Below, in pieces: positions 50,410-61,534 of a DNA stretch of 64,000 bases. The position numbers and the translations under genes are program-made. The DNA is from Klebsormidium nitens (taxonomy: Eukaryota > Plantae > Klebsormidiophyceae). The DNA lies in the NCBI GenBank assembly GCA_000708835.1, contig DF236975.1, positions 186,001-250,000 of the forward strand. The letters are read 5' to 3'. Within the stretch, counting starts at the first letter, position 1. Every line of letters begins with the position of its first letter. The notes under the pieces are model-generated. The model made no database searches, was not told where the DNA came from, and saw only the letters and a program-made list of their open reading frames with translations.

Positions 50410-53400
50410 ATGACTTCACCTCTACTGCAACGAGCAGGTAGCTCGTTGAGTTCTGGTGGTTACAACTCCCCAAAAAGCCTCCAGCGCTATGGCAGCACTG
50501 CCCTTGGCCGGAGGGCCTCCATCTCAGAGTCTCCCAGGGCAGGATCGTCGGGTTCGCTTGTGGAGAAACCCGCACAGGCACAGGTGAGAAATACAATGCC
50601 TGAATTCCACTTTGAGACTGACCTTGAAACTTTGACATTTGCAGATTTCCACCACCCTTGACTACGTTGTGCACAAACATTCTGGAGGTTGGTTGACAAT
50701 ATGCGCGTTTGAAATTGCATGCCCAGACCTGTTTGCATTGGTGACACCCTTTATCCACGCTGACTCCACTCAGATGCGCAAAAGTCCAATCATGAGGCAT
50801 CTGACGAGTAGGCTGCTACACAATTGCTGAAGTTCCTTCCTCTGACGCATCGATGTGCCCCAACAATTGTCAATCCTCTCATGGTCCTCAAATCTCTGCA
50901 AACCACTCTTTCTGTCCCTTAGGGGAGATCTCGCTCCTCATCTGTGGCCCCTGCTTCACCACTTTGTATGCCCCTTTGCGCAGACCTCACTTGAGGACAT
51001 CAAGAAGGACGAGACGTTTGCCAAGTTCCTGGAGGATGAGTTCAACGCCACCGACTTTGCGAGCCAGGCGCTGCACAGCGGGAGCGCCGCCAGCAGTTCC
51101 CGTAAGCTGCAGGAGGGGATCCTGCTGCTGGAGAAGCAGCTGCGGACCGAGGTGGTGAACCGGCACGATGAGTTGCTGGCGCAGGTAAGGGAAATCGTGG
51201 GAGACAGTTTAGGGCGAGGAGGGGGGCAAACAGTCTGCACGTCTGATTAAGCTGTACAGTTCTGATCAAGATTGTACAGGCCTGATTAACACACAGACGT
51301 GGGGCTTGAAGAGGACCACTGCTATTGCAGCTGAGGGCTTCATTGCTCTGTTCCTGCATATGGAGCAACGGTGAACAACTTCTTGTACAGAAAGAGATGA
51401 TCGATCATCATCGCTGGATGATGGTATCGCCATGGAAAATTTGACCATATCAGCTGTCCCATCTGAATGGTCAGTGAAAGTTCACATACCTTTGGACACT
51501 TGATGATAGCGTCAATGAAATTAATCAACCACCATCACTACCTGCTGCCGCAGGACGAAAGAGCTCGTTTAACACAAGGTTGTAGTATTACTGAAATTTG
51601 TGCTTGCATAACGCTCTTGACGTGACAAGCCGCCGTGCAATATTGCGTGCCCAACGCATCACCGTTTTTTAAGCATTACATGCCCCAAAATCCTGGCCCA
51701 TCTGAAAAGACCATCTAGCGGGTGTCTGTCCTATGTGATAGTTGCAATTTTTGACTGTCCTTTGCCTTCGTAGGTTCTTTTCGCTCTTCCTCCTGGTCAT
51801 GAGCTCGGCTGGGATTTTGATGAAGACCTTGAGGCCCATCAGAAACGATAGACAAGGAATCCGTTGGTGCCATGCAGAAACGCTTTACCTGATCCTTGAA
51901 CACTCCTCATCCTTGTCTATCTCCAGGTATCTAGTCTCAAGGACACTGAGAACGTCCTAGCCGTCGTCCGCGCCGAGGTGGAGTCCCTACGCTCCAGCGT
52001 CCAACGCGTCCGAAACGAGATCGCGGACCCGTACAAGCAGATCAAGCTGAAGACGCGCCAGCTGGCAGCCTTACACGGCACCGTCGAGCTTCTCCGGTAC
52101 GTGATCCGGGTGCTGAAACTGACGGGGAAACTGCGGGAGCAAGTCGAGAGCAAGAGCGGGAGGCTCGACTTGGCGAAGGCTGCGCAGCTGTACAGTGAGA
52201 TTGACGGGATAAGGAAAGAGGCGGATCTGGGGGGATTGGAGGCAGTGGAAGCCGAGATGGGGTGGCTGTCGGAAGTGAGCCAGAGGATCCGGACGGAGGC
52301 GATGAAGAGCCTGGAGGCGGGGATGGAGTCACTGAACCAGGTACGGAGAGTCGCAACTCAAAAATGTCCCTAGAACTTCTGCGTTTGGTCGATGCAAGAC
52401 TTTGGGTTGCTCTTTTCGGGAGTTGTTGGTTGAATGCTGTTTCGTTTTCCATCTTAGATTGTTGAGGCCGACTTTGACCACTTATAACGATTGAAGTTAG
52501 TTCGTCCTTGAGCAACCCGCTCCTGATCGATCGTAATGCTTCCGATTAAAGAAAATTTGCACGTAAGCGCAGACAAGTCTGTTGACTCCTCCGTAATGGT
52601 CAGAAACACCTTTTACGCTCTCTCATTTTGTCGTTTTGGAGCAACCTCTAACCCCCAAACCCCTGGACCCCTCGCATCTTCGAATCCTTGTAACTCCGGA
52701 GCCGCTTAAGCACTGCTCCTTGCCTCAACTCTACCGCTCTTGAAAGCCGAATTCTATTGGAGTACGTATCTTGGACGGTTCGATCAATAAATGGGCCGAT
52801 TCAGTGGTCTAAGATCAGGCACCGAAGGTTGAGACTCAAGGGGGCTGGTGGCCCGTCTTGAGACCGGAGAGCTGATACATGTCCCTTACCCCGGCGCAGG
52901 CGGAGGTGGGCAGCGTCCTCCAGGTCTACTACAACATGGGCGAGCTGCGCCAAACGGTGGAACAGCTGATGGGCAAATACCGGGTCCAGCTAACCAAGGC
53001 CATCTCCGCCGCGCTCGACATGAAGGCCATCTCCGCGGACCAGAGAGCGGCCCCCGGCCCAGGGGGGGTGGCCCGTGCAGGGACGCCGGGCCTAGGGACG
53101 GCCCCCAAGGCCAGGGAGGCGCTCTGGCAGAGGATGACGTCATGCTTCGAGGCGGTGCACGGGGTCATGGTGGCCGTATGGCACTTGCAGGTGGGGATTC
53201 AATGCAGTGACTATCGTGCGAAGTGTCGTGTCGGTCCCGTTGATGGAGTCTGGTGGGCCTTCTATCATGGTCAGCTTTGCGTTCTTGCTTTGAGTCCCTG
53301 CTTGATCACGTTGTTTTGCAGTCGCGTCGAAAATACTGCCGAAAAGCAGTTCCCGGTAGAACATATACCACAAATTGCGTTGCAATCATCGAATCCCCTG

Positions 53401-56400
53401 TCAGCAGACTCTTTCCGTCCTCCTCTTTCTCTTCTACGCTCGTCCAGATCCACAGGCTGATGCCTCACACAAAAACAGTGATTGATACGCAACGATCAGA
53501 CCAAATCCCATGCGACTCTCCTCTGCAGCGCGTTTTGGCCAAGAAACGCGACCCCATCACCCACGTGTGCTTCCTCACGGAGGCCGTCCCCGAGGGGGAT
53601 CCCCGGCCGACCGAGCGCATGTGGGAGTCGTTCACGAAAGTCCTGGCCAACCAGATGAAGAGCGCGTTCTCCGCGTCTAGTTTCTGCAAGGAGACCTTCG
53701 TCAACGGGTACCCCAAGCTGGCCGGCATGCTCGACGCGCTCCTCGAGCGGCTCGCAAGGGACACTGACGTCAAGGTGACGTCACTACGATTGCCCTTCTT
53801 GAATTTGTGCTTAATGATTCTCTTGCCCGTCATGGAGTATATCTTCCAGCGGTTGTTCATGTGGAAACTTCTGTTCCCTCGCTCGATTAATCCTTCCTCC
53901 AGTCTGCTTCGGTGCAGCAATTCCATTGTGGAGCTTCAATGGATTTGCCACTTTGCGTTGCTACGACATCTGGTAAAGATTCGGTCCCGTTCTAATTAAC
54001 ATTCGCTTCTACCATTGAAAACCACAATCAAACCATGCTTGGATGCAGGGCGTTTCGTCAGTCCGCAAATCTAACAATATGTTCAGTTTGCTGCTCATTG
54101 TGTGCCTCAAAACTAAAACCTTGAGGATTATGCTCACGTTGAACCTGCGAGCTCGCACCAAACGGCAGAGCGTTGCGCTGCTATGAAGCTCAACCACAAG
54201 ACACGCCACCTCTTGGCGGTAATCGAGCTAGGAACGACACACTCTTTGGGGCAAGCAATCTGCTTTTCGAACCTTCGATTCCCTTTTCAAAGCATCACTC
54301 TGCTTTCTCGGCTTTCCAACCTGATTGTCGATGCTCGATTCGGTGCAGGGCGTTGCGCCGGCTGTGAAGCCCGAGGACAAGGCGAGTTTGTCATTGGCAG
54401 TGGAGCCGTTCCAGAACGCGTACCTGGCGCAGTCGCTTAAGCGAATGCAAGAGGCGGTTAACACCCTGTTTCCGCAGGGGATGCGCGCCAGCATACCCAA
54501 CTCCGACCAGGTCGGTTAACTTGCGAGTCAGAGGGCGGGTCATAGTGCGGGGTTGATCACTTTGACTCGGCGCAGAATGGTTGACGCGTGTAGAGGCCAT
54601 GTAGCCGACTATGACCGTCACAGCCGACGTTGCATGGATTCAATCTGCCAAATCTAGCGCTAGAGGTGCCAGCAGATAATTGGGAACGCACGACTCGCTG
54701 TGCTAATGTTTCTATCTCTTCCACTGCACGTTGTACTCAGGGTTTGCGTCTAAGTCGGCCTCCTTCAGTGTTGCTGCCCGAAAGCTTCATCGTTTTGGAG
54801 TAGTCTCTCGGTCGGTGTTTCTGATGAATCGATGCTCACAGCTGTTCACTTAATCCTGCCGGGCTTTACTGATTTTCGAAGAACGTTATCCTCTCTCCTG
54901 TAATGCTTTCACTTCGTGCTTCAACGTCATCGCTTATAGCTGCATCTTGACAGTCACAATTTTCAAGAAGGCGAAGCAGTCCCGCTGGATGACTTCCAAA
55001 GCCGACTGCATAGGAGACACAATCACCAGCAAAACGTAGCTCGTGAGCATTCGAAGGTTTCAGAACAAAGCGAACCGTTAATCAACCATCTCTTCTTTCT
55101 TCAGATGTCTCGCCTCGCCTCTGGGCTGTTGGAGGAGCTGGGGGCCGTGCAGCCAGACCCCACTTTGACGGGCCTTGTCATGCGGGGCGTCGGAACTGCG
55201 CTGCAGCTTTTGGCTGAGCGGGCCGAGTACCAGGTCGCGACAGGGCCCGACGCGCGCCAGGTCACGGGGCCCGCGACTGCAGCCCAGCTGCGCAACTTTG
55301 CCATCTGTCATCATCTACAGGTAAGAATGGCGTAGCCTTCTGCGGGCGCCCTCAAACCATTCAAGGAGAGCTTGATGTGAGCAGACTCTCATGAGAGTTT
55401 GAACCTTCAATACATTTCCGTAAGTCCAGTTCGCGAGCGCTTCTTGATTCGTTCCGGGTTTGTTCGGGTCTTCTGGTGAGGAGAGTGTGAGGTACTCGTT
55501 TCACAAATGACATCTTTTGAAGTGGTTGGAAAGACGCTTTCGAACTGCTTTGCAAATACAGGAGGTTCTGGGACGCACACGATGCTGAACGTCGCTGGCT
55601 CTCACCCCCTTTGTAGGTCTGCATGCCAAGCTGGCGGCTTTGCTCACAGTATATGCTCGAACCCCTCCCTTCGTGCCCCGGGGCCTGTGTCTGTGCTGAC
55701 GTCACATTCCCCCAATCCGTTCACTGGAGCTGCACGCCGAGCTGGCGGCGGACACATTCGCACTCTTCTCCGTGTTCCTTGGTTTCAAATCTGTCCTGAC
55801 GTCATATGCTGACGTCTGACGTCAGCTCCCCCTCCCCGGCTGCAGGAGCTGCACGCCAAGCTGGCGGCGGCGATCCCCGCGCTCCCCTCCCTATGTCTTC
55901 ACCTTCTTCTGCCCTGACGCCATATGCTGAAGTCTGACGTCACCACCGCCCCCGACTGCAGGAGCTGCACGCCAAGGTGGCGGCGTCGATTTCCGCTCTC
56001 CCATCCGTAATCCTTGATCATCAATCTGTCTTGACGTCATATGCTGACGGCTGACGTCACCAATTCCCCCGTCTGCAGGAGCTGCACGCCAAGCTGGCGG
56101 CGGCGATCCCCGCGCTCCCGTCCGCGGCCACCCAGGCCGCGCTGGGCGCCGCCCTGGGGGCCATTCACACCGTGGCCTCGGAGGCGGTAACACCGCTCTT
56201 CCGGGCGATGGTTGAGCGCATCGAGGCGCTTTTGCTGCAAATCCACGACCAGGCGTGGGGCGCCGATGTGCTGGCGGATGACGTCGGCGGCGCGCCGGCG
56301 AACTGCAGCAGGTACATGGAGGAGGTCGAGCGCGCGGTGCTGCACTTCCGACAAGAGTTCCTGTCCAAACTGCTGGTAAGGATCAGCAATGATGGACTTC

Positions 56401-59400
56401 GATTTGGAGTCTAGGGTTTTAAAGTCTTGAAGATGTCAACGCGACTGTAGCAAATGAGTGGAAGAGGTGGAGGGCGCGGTGGTCCATTTTCCATTTTTGG
56501 AGTTCCTGTCCAAGCTGCTGGTGAGGATGCAATGTTGAAAACTACATTGGACTGCAGGAAGGCAGCGTCTCGAGGGTTTTGATGACTTCAGTTGCGGGCC
56601 GGCAAGCTGAAGCAGATATATGGAGGAGGTGGAGCGTGTTCACGAATTCATCTGGACTCTAGAGTTTCAGCTTTTCTAGGGGTTGATGACGTCCGCGGAG
56701 GGCTAGCGAATGTAGGGTTGAGCGTGGAGCGTGCGGTGCTAAAATTTCCCTCAAGAATTCCTTTCCAAGGTGCTGATTCCAGGAATTCAGGAGTCTGATT
56801 TCCGCTTTCCTGCCGTTGGCCATTTCCTGGCTTTCGGTGGACGTCAACGGGGCGTCAGCGAGCTGCGGCCTCGTCCTGCTTATGAGGCTGGACAATCAAC
56901 ATTCCGACGCTTTACGGGACGTCAGAATCAAAAGGTCTCTGCGTGATTTAGAATGGATCCCCAGGGCGCTGAGTTTTGCCTGGCTTATAGTGCTTGTGCC
57001 TGCTCCGAAGCACGTGCCCCTGAACTTATTCCCCCCGTCCACAGGTGGGCATGGGGCCCGCTAAGGCGGGTGGTGTGAATACGCTCGGCGCCGAGGAGAA
57101 CATCGTATTGGGGCTGACCAAGCGAATGGCCAGCCGCATCCTCCTCGTGTTTGTGCGGCATGCAGCGCTGGTAAGCCGGAAACCCCTCTTTTCTTGCAAG
57201 CGTGAATAGGGAAAAGTTGGAGAATGCCTTGAAAAGACGGAGGGTCTGGAACGACTTTTCTTTCATCAGGCTTTGAACCCGATGACGCCCTCTCATCGGT
57301 TTGAGGCACTCAGAGCACACGCAATGACCGTTGACCCCTTAGGAACCTACCGCTCAGAGCGAGACGGGTAATCTGGAGTCTGCTTCTGTCGAGACGAGGG
57401 AATAAGGGCGGGCATGCTGAACGGCACACGTGTTGATGTTGCCTACGAAACCCGAGACGTCACGCTCCCTTCCAAGAGAAAAGTGAGGAAGCTGGTTGTT
57501 GTATTTTCGGCCAGTCTAGGTGCCACGAAAGTCCGGGCCGTCCTTCCACGAGAAGAACCACTCGGAGAAGTTCGCAAAGGATTTTGGCGAAGTTGCAGAG
57601 CATTCTTTTGGAACAGCTTCGAGCGCCCATCTCACGAGATCGAGGCCTCAATACGGCCCTTCAATCTCAACCCACACCATTCATTGGATATTCGACCCAC
57701 TATCTGCCCAGATCTTGGACCCACGTTCAGGAAATTTCGAAAGTCGATCCTGAGCGCGAACTAAACCCAACCCTAACCCGCTTGACACCGCCGCTCAAGT
57801 CCGCCCCCTGATCGAGGCCGGCAAGCTGCGCCTGGTTGGATTCCTAACCCAATCGTCACCACGTACTTAACCCAGTCCCTAACCCACTTGACACCACCAC
57901 CCAGGGGCGCCCCCTGATCGAGTTCAGCAAGCTCGCCTGGTGCGATCCCTAATCCAATACATTCCGCGTACTTAACCTAGTCCCTAACCCGCTTGACACC
58001 ACCATTTAGGTGCGACCCCTGAGTGAGGCCGGCAAGCTGCGCCTGGTGCGCGACATCTCGGTGCTCGAGTTTGCGGTCGGCGAGAAGCTGTACCCGGTGG
58101 AACAGCTCGGGGCGCCATATCGGGCGGTCCGCGCCTTTCGGCCGCTGCTGTTTTTGGAAACGGATCAGTTCCCCACCAGCCCCCTGTTACATGTGAGTCA
58201 GGATTTCGGATTGCGTCACTGGCTAACCAATAAAAGCTGAAAAGTCTGGGCGTGACGAAGCGGAAATTTGGTATCTCGAGGATTGGAATGATTGGTCGAT
58301 GAAAGCTGAACCAATTGGGTGGCGTTCCGTAATGCGTGATCTGATTGGTCGATGAACGCCGAAACGTACAGGCGCTTCGAGGCGTGCGTCGGCATCTCAA
58401 GACTTGTGACTGGTTGGTCGATGGAAGCCGGAAATTTTGGCCGGGATTCCGAGATTCTTGATTGATTGGTCGGTGAAACTTGAACAATATGGGCACTACG
58501 GAACCTGAGTTGGCACCAACTCCAAACTCGTGACCGTTTGGTCGATGAGAAGTTGAGTCGAACTACGGTGTCATCTGCATCGGCCACTGACAGACAGTGT
58601 TCGCATGCATGCCATTGACAAGCAAAGTGCACCCCCTCAAATGCCCGCTGTTCGTTGAGCGCTCTTTCCTCGTGCCCAGTTTCTTTTCGTACACATTTCT
58701 AATCACGGAATTCATCGTTTCCAGGAGTTGCTCCCGAGCACCGTGCTCCATCACCTCTTCTCCCGAGCGCCGGAGGAGCTGCGATCCCCCCACGCACGGG
58801 CCAACGCCACCCCTGCTTCGGTACGTTCTCTTCAGCAGCGCCCTGGTCCGCTACTGACTTGGAAGTCTATAGGTATAATGTCACCAAATGTTCCTTGCAG
58901 CATTGAGTTCGTCGATGCACGTATGAAGTCTCCAAACACTGATGCATTCTGTTAAAAAGCAATGTGCCTCCTCTCACTTCTCCCCATAGATGCCGCTAGC
59001 AAACCGAGTATCTCAAAAAGGACCCACCCAGGATTTGAATGACACTTTCTTCCCGAGGGGCTGCGATTCTGATTCGCTGCCATCATGTACTTGATCGACC
59101 CTGCTGATTCTCCAGCTCCTTGTGTCTTGAAAAGGTAAAAGTAGACTCGATTATGTGCGTGGGCGGCCAGCCCTTCGCCGGTCTGCTTTCAATTTCGTGC
59201 TTGTAGCGTCGCTTTTGACTGCAAATCCAAGGCTTGGTTTGAGCCCCAAAGGTGCTACGAGACGACTGAGCTGCACAAATCTTGGCCTTGCAGTATTCGT
59301 CGTACATGGACGACCGCAGCGAAGAGGACATCTGGAAGCGGATCAAGGCGTCCCTCGACGCCTATGCGCAACTGGTCAAGGCGAGAGGGGACAAGGAGTT

Positions 59401-59473
59401 CTCGCCGATCTACCCGCTAATGATGTCATTGGGTCAGTCCCTCCTAGAGGATTATGCGAGCGGATCGAAATGA
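50410..59473 (+). CDS. COG5: Conserved oligomeric Golgi complex subunit 5
   Basis: About 12 exons (50410-50582, 50984-51184, 51929-52340, 52900-53190, 53528-53774, 54350-54510, 55105-55320, 56079-56375, 57045-57170, 58010-58194, 58725-58820, 59293-59473). Motifs: KLQEGILLLEKQLRTEVVNRHDELL, RVLAKKRDPITHVCF, ETFVNGYPKL, VRPLSEAGKLR, YPVEQLGAPYRAVRAFRPLLFLET and RGDKEFSPIYPLM, as in land-plant COG5. Confidence 0.95.
55570..56125 (+). repeat. Five ~115-bp tandem copies of the COG5 intron-end/exon-8-start junction
   Basis: (G)AGCTGCACGCCAAGCTGGCGGC-like units start at about 55616, 55727, 55846, 55962 and 56079 (the real exon). Each is preceded by a gctgacgtc...pyrimidine tract. Confidence 0.9.
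56315..56780 (+). repeat. Decayed tandem copies of the COG5 exon-8 3' end and donor
   Basis: The exon end GAGTTCCTGTCCAAACTGCTG|gtaagg (to 56375) recurs as GAGTTCCTGTCCAAGCTGCTG|gtgagg (56500-56526). More diverged copies lie at about 56615-56640 and 56722-56780. Confidence 0.8.
57765..58055 (+). repeat. Three ~105-bp tandem copies of the COG5 branchpoint/acceptor/exon-10 start
   Basis: ctaacccgcttgacacc...|gt(g/c)cg(a/c)cccctga...gaggccggcaagctgcgcctgg units, with exon-like starts at about 57799, 57905 and 58010 (the real exon). Confidence 0.9.
58217..58560. repeat. Degenerate minisatellite with core GATTGGTCGATG in a COG5 intron
   Basis: Core copies at 58290, 58343, 58412, 58464 and 58536 (spacing 53, 69, 52, 72). 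Confidence 0.75.
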
Positions 59474-59929
59474 CACCCATGAAATGGGTCTAAGGTCCAT
59501 AAGCCCATTTGAATTCAAGCAATATCACATACATCGCTCCACTGAGCAAGCCAAGTCCAGCCTGCGGGCCTCCTGCATGATAGCAATACGCGCAAGGATT
59601 GCAATCCTGACAGCATCGGTCTAAGTCGCAACCGGCGACATGCCACAGGCTTACTTGCGGAAGTTTTGAATGCAGTGTGAGTTGGAACGATGATGCATCC
59701 GTTGCTTGGGTATGCAATCGAATGTGCTCAATGTCCAAATGCACGATGCTCGGCCTAGGTTTTGTCAGTGACTTCTACGCGACTGAGCCTGGCCAGGCCG
59801 GCTTCCAACATAGCATGGAGCCCTTCTGCAACTAATGAGGGTACATGTAGAGAATAGTTCCAAACAAGAGCTTATACTATGGCCTTTGATGCGCGGCAGA
59901 AGCTAGTGAAGAGCATCTAGACTCAGAAT

Positions 59930-60150
59930 CTCGCGCATAAATATGCATAGCCCCACGCCGGCCATGTAGTAAGCCATCTAGCTGCGCGATTGTAAATATA
60001 CATGTGGCAATTAGCTAGTATATAGGGCGGCGGTGACGCTCATTTGGGGGCCGGATCTCGTGCATAAATGCAGGGCCGCCGTGTGAATAAGCCATCTAGC
60101 AGCGCTGATGTAGATATTAGCTATAATACTGATAATAGTGTATAGGCGGT
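59930..60150. repeat. ~118-bp degenerate direct repeat in the COG5-TZF convergent intergenic region
   Basis: taagccatctagctgcgcgattgtaaatata (about 59970) versus taagccatctagcagcgctgatgtagatatt (about 60088), with similar gcataaat(at)gca upstream of each. Confidence 0.5.
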
Positions 60151-61534
60151 GCATCCTAATAGCTCCTGTTGATGGCTTCGTATGAGTCGTTTGCAAACGG
60201 ATACATGAAGAAGATGCAATGCCATGAAAATGATGCCGGTCGGGAAGCTGAGCGTAAGTTGAAATGCTCAGCAACTAAGCTGTCATGTACAGTGCCTCCA
60301 TGGCCAATGAATCAGATCTGACAGAATTTGTGTGTGTTTTGTTGAACTCATTACGGATATACATCATGCATCACCACGCTCAATGAAAGGTCATGCAAGC
60401 ATCACAAATACAATGACAATACATAGACTGTACTCACTCCGAAAAGTGCTTATGAACTTTAGTTTCACGAATCCAACCCTAGAGAGACACTTGTTGCTAT
60501 GGTAATTACACAGCTGAATTGCCTTGGCCACACACATGTCTTTCAAGGGGGCCAGCAGCAGGTTGTTGTTCAATCGACGAGGGCTAGTTATGCTAGCACC
60601 GTGCTTATTATACAAAGAGTACCTAGCCTAGCCTGTCACAACCTGCATCCACTCCAATGCGCGGTATTTGGCAATGCCTGTTCAGTTCCAAGAATCGATT
60701 TGCGACCCTCTTGTTAGTCCTCAATATGCCCAAACGAGTCTACAAAGCTCTGTAGCACCTATTATCCTTTTTGTCTTTGCTGGCCTAGACGTTTCAGCGA
60801 GATGAATGCGATACTCAAAGAATGAGAGAAGCCGCCCTCGGCCCCCCCGGTGTCTTGGCAGATCAAGTATTCCTATACAAACCATGGGGACTCCTGGCGC
60901 GCCTCTACCTGCCCTTCCCGCTTTTGAGAACCCTATACCTCTGTCTCCAAAAACAAGAAGCGCCACGTGGCAAAACCCTTAGACAATGTGCCACCCAAAA
61001 CCACCTTGGGCTACCTACAAAAACCCGACACCTATCAGAACCTCGCCGACAGATTTGTTCACGGCAAAAAGAGGTCCCTTTGTCTCCTCCCTGCTGCCTC
61101 CGTTTATTCTTTGCTGGCTTGGATCAATCTGCCATTTGGCAATGCGTCTGCACCAGAGGTGACACATCGAGTCAGAATTATCATTCACTGCTGGACAACG
61201 CTAAGCTGAAGGGCGAGCATTCGAGAGACCCTGAAAATAAACTACAGCCTTGGCATAAACGAGACACCTGAATGGATTGCACCTACTCAGCAGCATTCAC
61301 TAATGCAGGGTCTGCACAGAACCTCCCCAAACAGACCATAGCAAGGCACCGTCATCTGTTGTGGCTAGCTAAACCAGTGCACTGCCAATTGCAACACTTC
61401 TCCCCCGCTTGTCGAATGTGCTGTATCCCCAGAGATTGACCACTGCAACCATTCCTCTCCATTCAACAGATTCCCGATGCTTATACCTTGAACAAACCCA
61501 AACCCCTCACCTGTGAATCTGCCCTTCACTGCAT

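Noticed and set aside
51341-51580. Possible CACTA/Tnp2 transposase fragment (PAYG...HGKF...CPI...HH.LLP.D) in a COG5 intron
   Set aside because: There are three stops, the spacing is wrong, and other frames look equally protein-like. It needs an HMM search before it can be claimed.
52793-52855. tRNA- or SINE-like segment (AGTGGTCTAAG...GGTTGAGACTC)
   Set aside because: The A- and B-box spacing is too short and no cloverleaf can be formed.
58290-58560. CRISPR-like repeat-spacer appearance
   Set aside because: The repeats are short and degenerate, the spacers are uneven and partly similar to each other, no cas genes are present, and the site is a eukaryotic intron. It is better explained as a minisatellite.
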